Positions 8,836 through 17,002 are shown, counted from the first letter of the stretch. The stretch: 35,211 bases of DNA from a virus (IMGVR_UViG_2703718792_000017:1-35211), one strand, 5' to 3'. Numbers and translations are program-made. The notes: generated by a model from the sequence alone, not told the origin.

Positions 8836-9381
8836 ATGGCTACGATCCCAACCCTCACTCAACCTGAAATTGCCATCGTTGATGGTCAGGCTGTTACTTC
8901 ATCCCTAGCTGTTGCCAACTTCTTCTCCAAACGTCATGACGATGTACTGAAAAAGATCCGCACGCTTGAATGCTCAGCATCATTCACTGCCCGCAATTTT
9001 TCGGTGAGTGATTACACTGATTGCACAGGACGCAAACTTCCTTGCTACCAAATCACACGCGACGGTTTTGCGTTTCTTGCTATGGGTTTCACGGGTAAAC
9101 GTGCTGCCCAGTTCAAAGAGGCATATATCAATGCCTTTAACCAGATGGAGAAACAGCTTTCAAAGCCCTCTGTACCGAGCGACGTTGCACATAACGCCAG
9201 CGTTCTCTATTCCTACATTTCATCAATTCATCAGGCCTGGTTGCAGCAGCTTTATCCCATGCTGGAAAAAGCTGAATCACCGCTGGCAGTAAGTCTGTAT
9301 GACCGAATTAACGATGCGGCATTTCTTGCCCGTCTTATTCATTCGTCGCTGAACTCTTCAGAGGTAAGGGGGCGCAAATGA
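8836..9381 (+). CDS. Rha-family phage regulatory protein
   Basis: Internal ATG at 8836 with AAAGAGG upstream; MATIPTLTQPEIAIVDGQAVTSSLAVANFFSKRHDDVLKKIR is typical of the Rha N-terminal domain. Confidence 0.78.
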   Translation: MATIPTLTQPEIAIVDGQAVTSSLAVANFFSKRHDDVLKKIRTLECSASFTARNFSVSDYTDCTGRKLPCYQITRDGFAFLAMGFTGKRAAQFKEAYINAFNQMEKQLSKPSVPSDVAHNASVLYSYISSIHQAWLQQLYPMLEKAESPLAVSLYDRINDAAFLARLIHSSLNSSEVRGRK

Positions 9382-9602
9382 TCCGAAATATTTTCAAACG
9401 GTTTACCAATCAGACTTTCCGTTGTCCTCGTCCGGGTCAGTGGTACACCACGCCTGCAGGGCATGTTCTACGTGTTAGCCTGGTTGACCGTGAATGTCAG
9501 AAGGTGATTTGTGAACCGCTGGGCCGTAATTACCGCGTCAGTATGCCGCTTATAGCCTTTCGCTCCGGAAAAAACATGAAGCATCTCGGAGGTGCAGCAT
9601 GA
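9378..9602 (+). CDS. Hypothetical small phage protein, 74 aa
   Basis: ATGA overlap with the rha stop; G-rich ribosome-binding site; ends overlapping the next gene. Confidence 0.55.
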   Translation: MIRNIFKRFTNQTFRCPRPGQWYTTPAGHVLRVSLVDRECQKVICEPLGRNYRVSMPLIAFRSGKNMKHLGGAA

Positions 9603-10417
9603 GTATGGAGCTGATGGTTAAAGCGATGAAAATTCGAGTGGGTAATCCATTGCGAAAACTGGTTCTGATCAAGCTGGCTGATAATGCCAGCGATCAGGGG
9701 GAGTGCTGGCCCAGCTATCAGCATATTGCTGACCAGTGCGAGATTAGCAAACGTTCTGTGATGAATCATATTGCGGCCCTTTGTGAGTCCGGGCTGGTAA
9801 AAAAAGTCACCCGGAAAGGTGAAAAAGGTAACTCAAGTAATATCTATCTCCTTCATCTGGATGGTGCAGGAGATTCACTAGGGGGTAGTGCAAATAATTC
9901 ACTATCTGGTGCAGCAAATTCACCATGTAGTGCAGGAGTTGCATCAGGGGGTAGTGCAGGAGATTCACCCAGAACCAGTCACTCTTTTGAACCAGTCAAA
10001 GAATCAGTCAATGAACCAATAGCTGTTGGTGCATCAGTTGATGAGTCCGTGCGAGTTCGTTCAAACCGACCGGAATACTCTCCGGAGTTTGAGCAGGCAT
10101 GGCTGGCATATCCCAAACGTGCTGGTGGCAATTCAAAATCTGCAGCCTTCAAAGCCTGGAAAGCCCGTTTGAATGAGGGGGTAAACCCCGAAACCATGCT
10201 GGAAGGTGTGAAACGCTACGCGGGCTGGGTATCTGCGATGGGTAACAGCGGCACACAATTTGTGAAACAGGCTGTCACGTTCTTTGGTCCGGATCGTCAT
10301 TTCGAAGAATCCTGGGAAGTTCCTGCGGTATCTGCAGCCAGACGCGAGGACCCGTACTTCAAAGCCAGTTACGACAACGTGGACTACAGCCAGATCCCGG
10401 CAGGATTCAGGGGGTGA
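9599..10417 (+). CDS. Replication initiator, O-like (N-terminal winged HTH, internal iteron-encoded linker)
   Basis: GGAGG 7 nt upstream of ATG; HTH N-terminus; Gly/Ser/Ala-rich repeat region encoded by the iterons; C-terminal AWLAYPKRAGG...FFGP motif typical of phage replication proteins. Confidence 0.7.
   Translation: MSMELMVKAMKIRVGNPLRKLVLIKLADNASDQGECWPSYQHIADQCEISKRSVMNHIAALCESGLVKKVTRKGEKGNSSNIYLLHLDGAGDSLGGSANNSLSGAANSPCSAGVASGGSAGDSPRTSHSFEPVKESVNEPIAVGASVDESVRVRSNRPEYSPEFEQAWLAYPKRAGGNSKSAAFKAWKARLNEGVNPETMLEGVKRYAGWVSAMGNSGTQFVKQAVTFFGPDRHFEESWEVPAVSAARREDPYFKASYDNVDYSQIPAGFRG
9864..10010. repeat. Putative origin of replication: five about 21-bp iterons plus three GAAyCAGTCA repeats inside the O-like gene
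   Basis: GTGCAnnAnATTCAC-type units starting at 9864, 9888, 9909, 9930 and 9955; GAACCAGTCA at 9972 and 9989, GAATCAGTCA at 10001. Confidence 0.6.
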
Positions 10418-10419
10418 TC

Positions 10420-10908
10420 ATGAGTCTTTTGAATGACGTTCAGAAATTCATTGAAGCCCATCCGGGGTGTACTTCCGCAGACATTGCGGATGCTTTTGCA
10501 GATTACTCACGGCAGCGCGTTCTGCAGTCAGCAAGCAAGTTACGTCAGAGTGGGCGTGTGGCTCACCGTTGTGAAGGAGATACACGCAGACATTTCCCGC
10601 GCCTGACTGATAGAGCGCAGGAGCCGGAACCACAACCAGTTCGTGAAACCAGACCTGTGCGCAATTTCTATGTCGGCACTAACGATCCCCGGGTGATTTT
10701 ATGCCTGACCCGCCAGGCTGAAGAACTGGAGTCGAGGGGGTTATACCGTCGTGCTGCAACGGTGTGGATGGCGGCATTCCGTGAAAGTCACTCCCAGCCA
10801 GAACGAAACAACTTTCTGGCGCGTCGTGAGCTGTGCTTACGGAAAAGCAGCAAGCGCGCTGTATCGGGTGATGAATGGTATCTGTCAGGGAATTACGTGG
10901 GGGCTTAA
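10420..10908 (+). CDS. Hypothetical regulator, possible PerC/ANR-like motif
   Basis: ATG 6 nt after a GGGGG ribosome-binding site; motif AEELESRGLYRRAATVWMAA resembles the PerC/ANR-family signature (from memory, unverified). Confidence 0.5.
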   Translation: MSLLNDVQKFIEAHPGCTSADIADAFADYSRQRVLQSASKLRQSGRVAHRCEGDTRRHFPRLTDRAQEPEPQPVRETRPVRNFYVGTNDPRVILCLTRQAEELESRGLYRRAATVWMAAFRESHSQPERNNFLARRELCLRKSSKRAVSGDEWYLSGNYVGA

Positions 10909-11234
10909 TGACGACGTTAACTCAATGCCAGCAGCAGGTGCTGGATATGCTGATTTCTTACCAGCAAGAACGTGGCTTTCCGCCAACCAATCAGGAGGTG
11001 GCAACCATGCTGGGATACCGTTCGGTGAATGCAGCGGTGGAGCATCTTCGCGCACTGGAGAAAAAAGGCGTCATCACGATAAAGCGTGGCGTGGCCCGGG
11101 GGATAACGCTTCATACCGCGGTGAAGGACGACGACAGCGAGGCGGTCGGGATTATCCGCTCACTGCTTGCCGGTGAGGAAAACGCCAGGCTGCGTGCAAC
11201 CCACTGGTTACATAAGAGGGGTATGAAAGTATGA
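10908..11234 (+). CDS. LexA N-terminal DNA-binding-domain-like protein, no peptidase domain
   Basis: MTTLTQCQQQVLDMLISYQQERGFPPTNQEVATMLGYRSVNAAVEHLRALEKKGVITIKRGVARGI matches the LexA winged-helix DNA-binding domain; TAATG overlap with the upstream gene. Confidence 0.65.
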   Translation: MTTLTQCQQQVLDMLISYQQERGFPPTNQEVATMLGYRSVNAAVEHLRALEKKGVITIKRGVARGITLHTAVKDDDSEAVGIIRSLLAGEENARLRATHWLHKRGMKV

Positions 11235-11620
11235 AGCTGATTCTGCCTTTTCCGCCCAGCGTGAACACGTACTGGCGACACCCCAACAAAGGGGCGTTTG
11301 CAGGTAAGAGCCTGATAAGCGAGGCGGGGCGAAAATTCCAGAGCGCGGCGTGTGCAGCAATAGTTGAACAGTTACGTCGTCTGCCGAAACCAACGTCGGC
11401 ACCTGCTTCTGTGGAGATCGTGTTATTTCCTCCGGATAACCGGATCCGCGATCTGGACAACTATAACAAGGCGCTGTTTGACGCCCTGACCCACGCGGGG
11501 GTGTGGGAAGACGACAGTCAGGTGAAAAGAATGCTGGTGGAGTGGGGACCGGTTATCCCGGAAGGGAAGGTCGAGATCACTATCAGTAAGTACGAGAAAA
11601 CGGCGGGTGCAGCCGCCTGA
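11231..11620 (+). CDS. rusA: Holliday junction resolvase RusA
   Basis: 129 aa with the RusA-conserved region DLDNYNKALFDALTHAGVWEDDSQV; ATGA overlap with the upstream gene. Confidence 0.88.
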   Translation: MKLILPFPPSVNTYWRHPNKGAFAGKSLISEAGRKFQSAACAAIVEQLRRLPKPTSAPASVEIVLFPPDNRIRDLDNYNKALFDALTHAGVWEDDSQVKRMLVEWGPVIPEGKVEITISKYEKTAGAAA

Positions 11621-11639
11621 TCAAGAGGAGAAACGAAGT

Positions 11640-12437
11640 ATGAATAATCTGATGGTCATTGATGGTATTGAAGTTCGTCGTGATGCTTATGGGCGTTACA
11701 GCCTGAACGATCTGCACAGGGCTGCCGGTTCTCTGGATAAGCATAAGCCTGCATTCTGGCTCCGCAATGAGCAAACTGAACGTTTAATAAGCGAGTTGCA
11801 GATTTGCAACTCGGTCAATATAGAGCCAGTTAACGTTATTCGTGGCGGAAATAACCAGGGGACGTATGTCTGCAAAGAACTGGTGTATGCCTATGCAATG
11901 TGGATCAGCCCGTCATTCCATCTGAAGGTGATCCGTACTTTCGACATGGTAACCAGCGCACCGGAAAAATTATCCGGACAGGCTGCTGACAAGATGCAGG
12001 CTGGTGTGATTCTGCTGGACTTTATGCGCCGGGAATTAAACCTGTCTAACTCTTCAGTGCTTGGTGCCTGTCAGAAGCTTCAGGAGGCTGTTGGCTTACC
12101 GAATCTGGCACCGCGCTATGCCATTGATGCTCCTGCTGACGCGCCTGATGGCTCAAGTCGCCCGACACTGTCACTGAGTGCACTGCTGAAACAGTATGGT
12201 ATCTGCCTGACGGCTAATCAGGCATATCACCAGATGGCGAAGCTGGGGATCGTTGAACAACGCGAACGATACAGCCGTACCTCGATTAACAACATCAAAA
12301 AATTCTGGTCGCTGACAGCGAAAGGCTGCATGTTCGGCAAGAACATCACCAGTCCCGCAAATCCGCGCGAGACGCAGCCGCATTTCTTCGAATCCCGATT
12401 CCCTGAGCTGTTAAAGCTGCTCGATACCGTTCATTGA
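11640..12437 (+). CDS. KilA-N domain protein (antirepressor-like)
   Basis: ATG at 11640 with GAGGAG upstream; N-terminal KilA-N signature (YSLNDLHRAAG...KPAFWLRNEQT...YAMWISPSFHLKV). Confidence 0.75.
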   Translation: MNNLMVIDGIEVRRDAYGRYSLNDLHRAAGSLDKHKPAFWLRNEQTERLISELQICNSVNIEPVNVIRGGNNQGTYVCKELVYAYAMWISPSFHLKVIRTFDMVTSAPEKLSGQAADKMQAGVILLDFMRRELNLSNSSVLGACQKLQEAVGLPNLAPRYAIDAPADAPDGSSRPTLSLSALLKQYGICLTANQAYHQMAKLGIVEQRERYSRTSINNIKKFWSLTAKGCMFGKNITSPANPRETQPHFFESRFPELLKLLDTVH

Positions 12438-12438
12438 G

Positions 12439-13434
12439 GTGACTGTGAGAGCACTACTGACCCCTGAAATTGCCCCGCGTATGGGGATCGTATTGTTCAG
12501 ACCTGGTTCAGAGCTGATGCCCCTGTTTATGCAGGGGCGTGTCCTGCTGGAGCCTGAGCCGGAACGTTATTCATCTTTCGCCAGCGGTGCCGTTCCGGCG
12601 GCATCACAACCGCTGGCGGATGATCCTGCCGTTCGGGCCGTGTTCCGCAATGAGGCAGTGATCCGTCGTGCTGGTGGCGTGGAATGTCTTGAAAGCTGGT
12701 TACTTCGTGAAAAAGGCTGCCAGTGGCCTCATTCCGACTGGCACAGCGAGAACATGACCACAATGCGACACGCTCCGGGCGCAATCCGTCTGTGCTGGCA
12801 CTGCGATAACCAGCTGCGCGATCAGTTCACGGAACGGCTGGAGTCAATGGCAACGGATAACTGTGCCCGCTGGGTGTTGTCTGTTGTGCGTCGGGATCTC
12901 GGTTTTGATGACAGTCACGTTGTGACAATGCCGGAACTGTGCTGGTGGCTGATTCGTAATGACCTGGCGGATGCCTTACCGGAAAGTGCAGCCCGTAAGG
13001 CACTGAGATTACCAAAGCCTGTTGTGCCGTCTGTCACCCGGGAAAGTGGCCTTGTGCCTTCGGTTCCTGCCACCAGCATCATCCAGGATAAGGCAAAAAA
13101 GGTGCTGGCGCTGAAAGTGGATCCGGAGTCGCCGGACTCTTTTATGTTACGCCCAAAACGTCGCCGCTGGGTTAACGAAAAGTACACGCGTTGGGTTAAG
13201 ACGCAGCCGTGCGCATGTTGTGGAAAACCTGCTGATGATCCCCACCACCTGATAGGTCACGGTCAGGGTGGAATGGGTACAAAAGCGCATGACCTCTTTG
13301 TGTTGCCTTTGTGCAGAAAGCATCACGACGAGCTGCATGCGGATACCGTGGCATTTGAAGAGATGTATGGCTCCCAGCTGGAGCTGATATTTCGTTTTAT
13401 CGATCGTGCGCTGGCAATTGGCGTGCTGGCCTGA
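12439..13434 (+). CDS. DUF968-like protein with C-terminal Cys/His zinc-binding cluster
   Basis: 331 aa; C-terminal CACCGKPADDPHHLIGHGQG...LPLCRKHHDELH is characteristic of the DUF968/YdfU-like proteins of lambdoid nin regions. Start at GTG 12439, or alternatively ATG 12478. Confidence 0.65.
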   Translation: MTVRALLTPEIAPRMGIVLFRPGSELMPLFMQGRVLLEPEPERYSSFASGAVPAASQPLADDPAVRAVFRNEAVIRRAGGVECLESWLLREKGCQWPHSDWHSENMTTMRHAPGAIRLCWHCDNQLRDQFTERLESMATDNCARWVLSVVRRDLGFDDSHVVTMPELCWWLIRNDLADALPESAARKALRLPKPVVPSVTRESGLVPSVPATSIIQDKAKKVLALKVDPESPDSFMLRPKRRRWVNEKYTRWVKTQPCACCGKPADDPHHLIGHGQGGMGTKAHDLFVLPLCRKHHDELHADTVAFEEMYGSQLELIFRFIDRALAIGVLA

Positions 13435-13451
13435 TTTTGTGGAGAAAGTTG

Positions 13452-13793
13452 ATGCGTGATATGTATGAAGTGATGGATCGTTGGGGGGCTTGGGCTGCTT
13501 CAGACAATAGCGGAGTGGACTGGCAACCGGTAGCCGCTGGCTTCAAGGGGCTTTTACCTCATGGCAAAAAGTCCCGGATTCAGTGTGATGATGACGAAGG
13601 CATTATGATAGACAGTTGTGTGGCTCGGTTGCGTAAATATAGGCCTGAAGAATATGAGCTGATAATCGCACATTTTGTTATTGGGGTTTCGCTCCGTACA
13701 ATTGCAAAGAAGCGGAAATGCTCAGATGGTACGATCAGAAAGGAATTGCAAACTGCTTTAGGTTTTATTGATGGTGTTCTGAGAATGGTTTAA
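13452..13793 (+). CDS. Late-gene antitermination protein Q (QuuD/phage-21-like family)
   Basis: MRDMYEVMDRWGAWAA...WQPVAAGFKGLLP...CDDDEGIMIDSCVARL...CSDGTIRKELQTALGFIDGVL matches the Q antiterminator family; ATG at 13452 with GGAGAAAG upstream. Confidence 0.82.
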   Translation: MRDMYEVMDRWGAWAASDNSGVDWQPVAAGFKGLLPHGKKSRIQCDDDEGIMIDSCVARLRKYRPEEYELIIAHFVIGVSLRTIAKKRKCSDGTIRKELQTALGFIDGVLRMV

Positions 13794-13802
13794 GAGTGCT
13801 AA

Positions 13803-13833
13803 CCCAAGCTTGGATTACTTCCCAAGCTTGGAT
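13803..13833. repeat. Two copies of the 13-mer CCCAAGCTTGGAT, each containing the 10-bp palindrome CCAAGCTTGG
   Basis: Copies at 13803-13815 and 13821-13833, directly 3' of Q and overlapping the stop and last codons of the convergent membrane-protein gene. Confidence 0.6.
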
Positions 13834-14354
13834 AATGCAGATTTTTTACGCTTATTTAATGTTTTTCGTGTTTTTATTAACCCTTCAAAATCAATGACTT
13901 CCTTTACTCCTAGTAAAACAGGGATTAATGAGTATAGTGAAAAAACCAAAGCACAAACAACGAATTTACTTATAGTATGAATGTGCTGTTGAACAAAAGA
14001 GGACTCATTGCCAAGGCTAATCAATGCCACAAAAATTATTATCGAAATTTGTAGCGTAAGCATGAATAATGTTGCCCGGCTTTTTTCTTTAATAAGCCTT
14101 GTTAACCTTCTTTGTTCATTGCGAGATAAATCCTCAGCAACGTTTTTTTGGGTTTCAGATAACTTATGAAACAGGGTTGCGCTACTTGCAATTGGTAAGA
14201 TGAGGATAGTTAATACGCCCCAAGGAATGGATGTTAAAATGATGTACTTATTGGCGATAAACCAGGCTGTAGACATAAGCAATACTACAACAACCAAGTG
14301 GAATGCTCTACTTGGTTGTTGGTAGGATATGCACTTAGCAGCCTCTCTATTCAT
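13815..14354 (-). CDS. Integral membrane protein with 4 predicted TM helices, 179 aa; second gene of the antisense moron operon
   Basis: Hydrophobic segments near residues 19-34, 38-61, 94-114 and 128-150; basic C-terminal tail; start ATG overlaps the upstream gene's stop (ATGAATAG); low GC. Confidence 0.7.
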   Translation of the reverse strand: MNREAAKCISYQQPSRAFHLVVVVLLMSTAWFIANKYIILTSIPWGVLTILILPIASSATLFHKLSETQKNVAEDLSRNEQRRLTRLIKEKSRATLFMLTLQISIIIFVALISLGNESSFVQQHIHTISKFVVCALVFSLYSLIPVLLGVKEVIDFEGLIKTRKTLNKRKKSALSKLGK

Positions 14355-15378
14355 CGGTCTCTTCTATTTCTCCATTGTTGATCAGAGCGACCATCCAATC
14401 ATGCATTTGGCCATATAGTTCATGTTCATCAATTAAGCTATTGTAAGTTGTGAGTTTAACAGTATTCCATAAACGAATCTCTTTACCAGTTAAACGCGTC
14501 CCACCAACCATTTCAACAACGACGTCATCATCCGGGTAGTGTCTGGTAGCGTCAACAAGATTTCTTAACATCCTTTCTCCTGAATCAGAAGTTTTCCTCT
14601 TGTATGTGATTTTCAGCGTTACTTCAAGATTAGCGTCATCAAGACAATCTTCAAGCTTGCTACTACGTAAGAAGCTTTCCCATTTCTCTGCTAACATAGC
14701 TTTAAGGAGTTCAGAGGCAGTTCCTGCGGGAACCCAGCCTGGGCTTTTGCTTCCTTGACTAAATTCGTTAACGGCAGTTACAGGGGCACCTATAGAAACT
14801 GATTTTACAGGTCGTTTTAGAACTTCCTCAATGATCTCTTCTTTGGGCTTATCGGAAACTTTTAAGATGTTTTCTGCGCCTAAGTAATTGCTTAAAGAGC
14901 CAAGTAACCATTTCAGATGTGTTTCAAGTTCTCTTGTTGTAAGAGATCTGGATTGCATTACTACGATGCTGTTACCAAATACACCGAAATAAAGAATTGA
15001 ATCTATAAACTCACGCACAACCTGTTCCCTCTCTGTGCGTGCTTCTTCAGCTTCTTCAACAGTCATTTTAGAAAGTTCATCTGATGTTACGGATCTTATT
15101 TCATAAGATTCAGCATCATTTTTAAGCTGTATATAGCGTTGAGAATGGCCTGGTTCGAAGGCAACAAGCTGGCAAAACAGCATTCCCTGGAACTCTTCAT
15201 GTTTATTAATTAATCGGAATAAGTCTTCCTCTCCTGGGTTGACCATTTCCTTGCGAGAATCTGCTTTAGTGTGTTTTTTGAGCAGCTCCATTAGCATCGA
15301 CTGGAGCGTCTTTGACACACCTGACATTGTGACTTCTTTATAGATTATTTTTTTAGTTTTGATTTCACGCTTGCTCAT
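14347..15378 (-). CDS. Soluble protein of unknown function, 343 aa; first gene of the antisense moron operon
   Basis: Start taken as the ATG giving MSKREIK (upstream in-frame starts are TTG or too close to the predicted promoter); no recognised domain; low GC; translationally coupled to the downstream membrane protein. Confidence 0.7.
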   Translation of the reverse strand: MSKREIKTKKIIYKEVTMSGVSKTLQSMLMELLKKHTKADSRKEMVNPGEEDLFRLINKHEEFQGMLFCQLVAFEPGHSQRYIQLKNDAESYEIRSVTSDELSKMTVEEAEEARTEREQVVREFIDSILYFGVFGNSIVVMQSRSLTTRELETHLKWLLGSLSNYLGAENILKVSDKPKEEIIEEVLKRPVKSVSIGAPVTAVNEFSQGSKSPGWVPAGTASELLKAMLAEKWESFLRSSKLEDCLDDANLEVTLKITYKRKTSDSGERMLRNLVDATRHYPDDDVVVEMVGGTRLTGKEIRLWNTVKLTTYNSLIDEHELYGQMHDWMVALINNGEIEETDE

Positions 15379-15411
15379 CTTATTTTTCCATAAATACATA
15401 GGATTAAGCTG

Positions 15412-15440
15412 AATATACAAAAGCGCTAACGCGTACGCAA
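15412..15440 (-). promoter_or_regulatory. Putative sigma70 promoter of the antisense moron operon
   Basis: On the minus strand: -35 TTGCGT, 17-bp spacer, -10 TATATT, about 35 nt upstream of the ATG. Confidence 0.4.
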
Positions 15441-15485
15441 AAATTATTGTATCGTGTTAAGAGTGGTTACTTCGCCACACAGCTT

Positions 15486-15515
15486 AAACCCGCCATTGAG
15501 CGGGTTTTGTCGTTT
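15486..15515 (+). terminator. Intrinsic terminator upstream of the holin, possible tR' analogue
   Basis: AAACCCGC-CATTGA-GCGGGTTT hairpin followed by TTTTGTCGTTT on the plus strand. Confidence 0.5.
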
Positions 15516-15659
15516 CTGGGCCTTGGTATTCGTTGGGCTTGGTCTATCTAGTACTTATCCATTGGCTCGGCTTCTTTTACGTTTCCGCTTCTGATTTGCG
15601 GTTCGTGGTACTCCCTCAATTTGCACCTCCTGTATCGGCGAGGTGAGAGATAACTACAA

Positions 15660-15986
15660 ATGCCTCATAACCCAAATACCTGGCTGGAGTTGGTCCAGAG
15701 CTGGTGGCGTGGAGACACACCGCTGGGCGCAGTGATTATGTCGATCGTTATGGCTGGCTTGCGCATTGCCTATTTTGGCGGTGGTGGTGGCTGGAAGCGA
15801 AAAACGCTCGAGATTTTGCTCTGTGGCGCTTTGACGCTGACCTTTGCATCCGCTCTTGAGTATGTCGGATGGCCTAAATCGCTTTCTGTAGCCATTGGTG
15901 GCGGTGTTGGGCTGATCGGTGTCGATGCTATTCGTGGGGCTGCAATGCGAGTAATCGGTAACAAATTTGGTAGCACGAAGGAGTAA
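15660..15986 (+). CDS. Holin, lambda S family
   Basis: 108 aa with 3 TM segments and a charged C-terminus; alignable by eye to lambda S (..AYLRGRYNGGAF.. versus ..LRIAYFGGGGGW..; IGTDSIGSLIKRFAAKKAG versus IGVDAIRGAAMRVIGNKFG). Confidence 0.82.
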   Translation: MPHNPNTWLELVQSWWRGDTPLGAVIMSIVMAGLRIAYFGGGGGWKRKTLEILLCGALTLTFASALEYVGWPKSLSVAIGGGVGLIGVDAIRGAAMRVIGNKFGSTKE

Positions 15987-15989
15987 TTT

Positions 15990-16466
15990 ATGCAGGCACT
16001 AAATTCCCAGCGTAAAGCTTTCCTCGATATGGTGGCATGGTCAGAAGGAACGGATAACGGGCGACAACCGACACGTAACCACGGTTATGACGTTATTGTC
16101 GGTGGTGAACTGTTTACTGATTACTCCGATCATCCTCGCAAACTTGTCACGCTAAACCCGAAACTCAAATCAACAGCCGCCGGACGTTACCAGCTTCTTT
16201 CCCGTTGGTGGGATGCCTACCGCAAGCAGCTAGGGCTGAAAGACTTCTCTCCCAGAAGCCAGGACTCCGTGGCATTACAGCAGATTAAAGAGCGTGGCGC
16301 TTTAACGATGATTGATCGCGGTGATATCCGTCAGGCTATCGACCGTTGCAGCAATATCTGGGCGTCGCTACCTGGTGCAGGTTACGGTCAGTATGAACAT
16401 AAAATCGGTGACCTGATTTCCCGGTTTAAAGAGGCTGGTGGGGTGGTAAATGAAGTTGAGCTATAA
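15990..16466 (+). CDS. R: Endolysin, lambda R-type lytic transglycosylase
   Basis: Near-identity over most of its length to lambda R as recalled (NSQRKAFLDMVAWSEGTDNGRQPTRNHGYDVIVGGELFTDYSDHPRKLVTLNPKLKST...). Confidence 0.93.
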   Translation: MQALNSQRKAFLDMVAWSEGTDNGRQPTRNHGYDVIVGGELFTDYSDHPRKLVTLNPKLKSTAAGRYQLLSRWWDAYRKQLGLKDFSPRSQDSVALQQIKERGALTMIDRGDIRQAIDRCSNIWASLPGAGYGQYEHKIGDLISRFKEAGGVVNEVEL

Positions 16467-16842
16467 GCTGGTTATCGCTGCATTCTTCTTTACCGTCATC
16501 GGTTCTTTCATCTGGTCTGCCAACCACTACTACAGCAAATATCAGCGCGAAAAGAAACGTGCTGATGAGACTGTACGAAATGCTGAATCAGCAACAGCCA
16601 TTACCAATAACGTCCTGCAATCACTACAAATCTTCAATACAGTTCTGGAGGCTAACCAGCATGCAAAACAGCAGATCGCACTGGAGTCACAGAGAACCCA
16701 GGAAGATATCAAAATGGTCATTGCGGATGATGACTGTGCTTCACGTCCTGTGCCTGTTGCCGCTGCTGATCGGTTGCGGAAGTACGCGGACAGTTTACGT
16801 GAGCACTCCGGTGGCACCACTGCCAGCCAGCCTGACTTCTGA
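16450..16842 (+). CDS. Rz-like inner-membrane spanin (i-spanin)
   Basis: N-terminal TM segment followed by a coiled-coil-like region; position after the endolysin; WSANHYYSKYQ resembles lambda Rz WAVNHYRDNA. Confidence 0.78.
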   Translation: MKLSYKLVIAAFFFTVIGSFIWSANHYYSKYQREKKRADETVRNAESATAITNNVLQSLQIFNTVLEANQHAKQQIALESQRTQEDIKMVIADDDCASRPVPVAAADRLRKYADSLREHSGGTTASQPDF

Positions 16843-17002
16843 TACTCCTGTACCGTTTATACCCAATCCGCTGACGTATGGTGCCAGTCTGGAGTTGAAT
16901 GTGAGTCTGTTGTCAGCGTTGGGACAATGCAATATTGACAAAGCGGGGATTAGAAAGATAGAGGCGAACCGGTCAGGTAGAAATGAATCATACTCAAAGT
17001 GA
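16727..17002 (+). CDS. Rz1-like outer-membrane lipoprotein spanin (o-spanin), overlapping Rz in the +1 frame
   Basis: MMTVLHVLCLLPLLIGCGS: signal peptide with lipobox LIGC; Pro-rich mature region; starts inside Rz and extends beyond it. Confidence 0.7.
   Translation: MMTVLHVLCLLPLLIGCGSTRTVYVSTPVAPLPASLTSDTPVPFIPNPLTYGASLELNVSLLSALGQCNIDKAGIRKIEANRSGRNESYSK

Noticed and set aside
9864-9970. Possible CRISPR-like array
   Set aside because: The repeats are short degenerate iterons inside a coding sequence with no unique spacers of regular length and no cas genes; they are interpreted as a replication origin.
15441-15480. Late promoter PR' placed just upstream of the 15486-15515 terminator
   Set aside because: No convincing -35/-10 pair could be identified by eye; whether PR' lies here or directly after Q (near 13800) cannot be decided from sequence alone.
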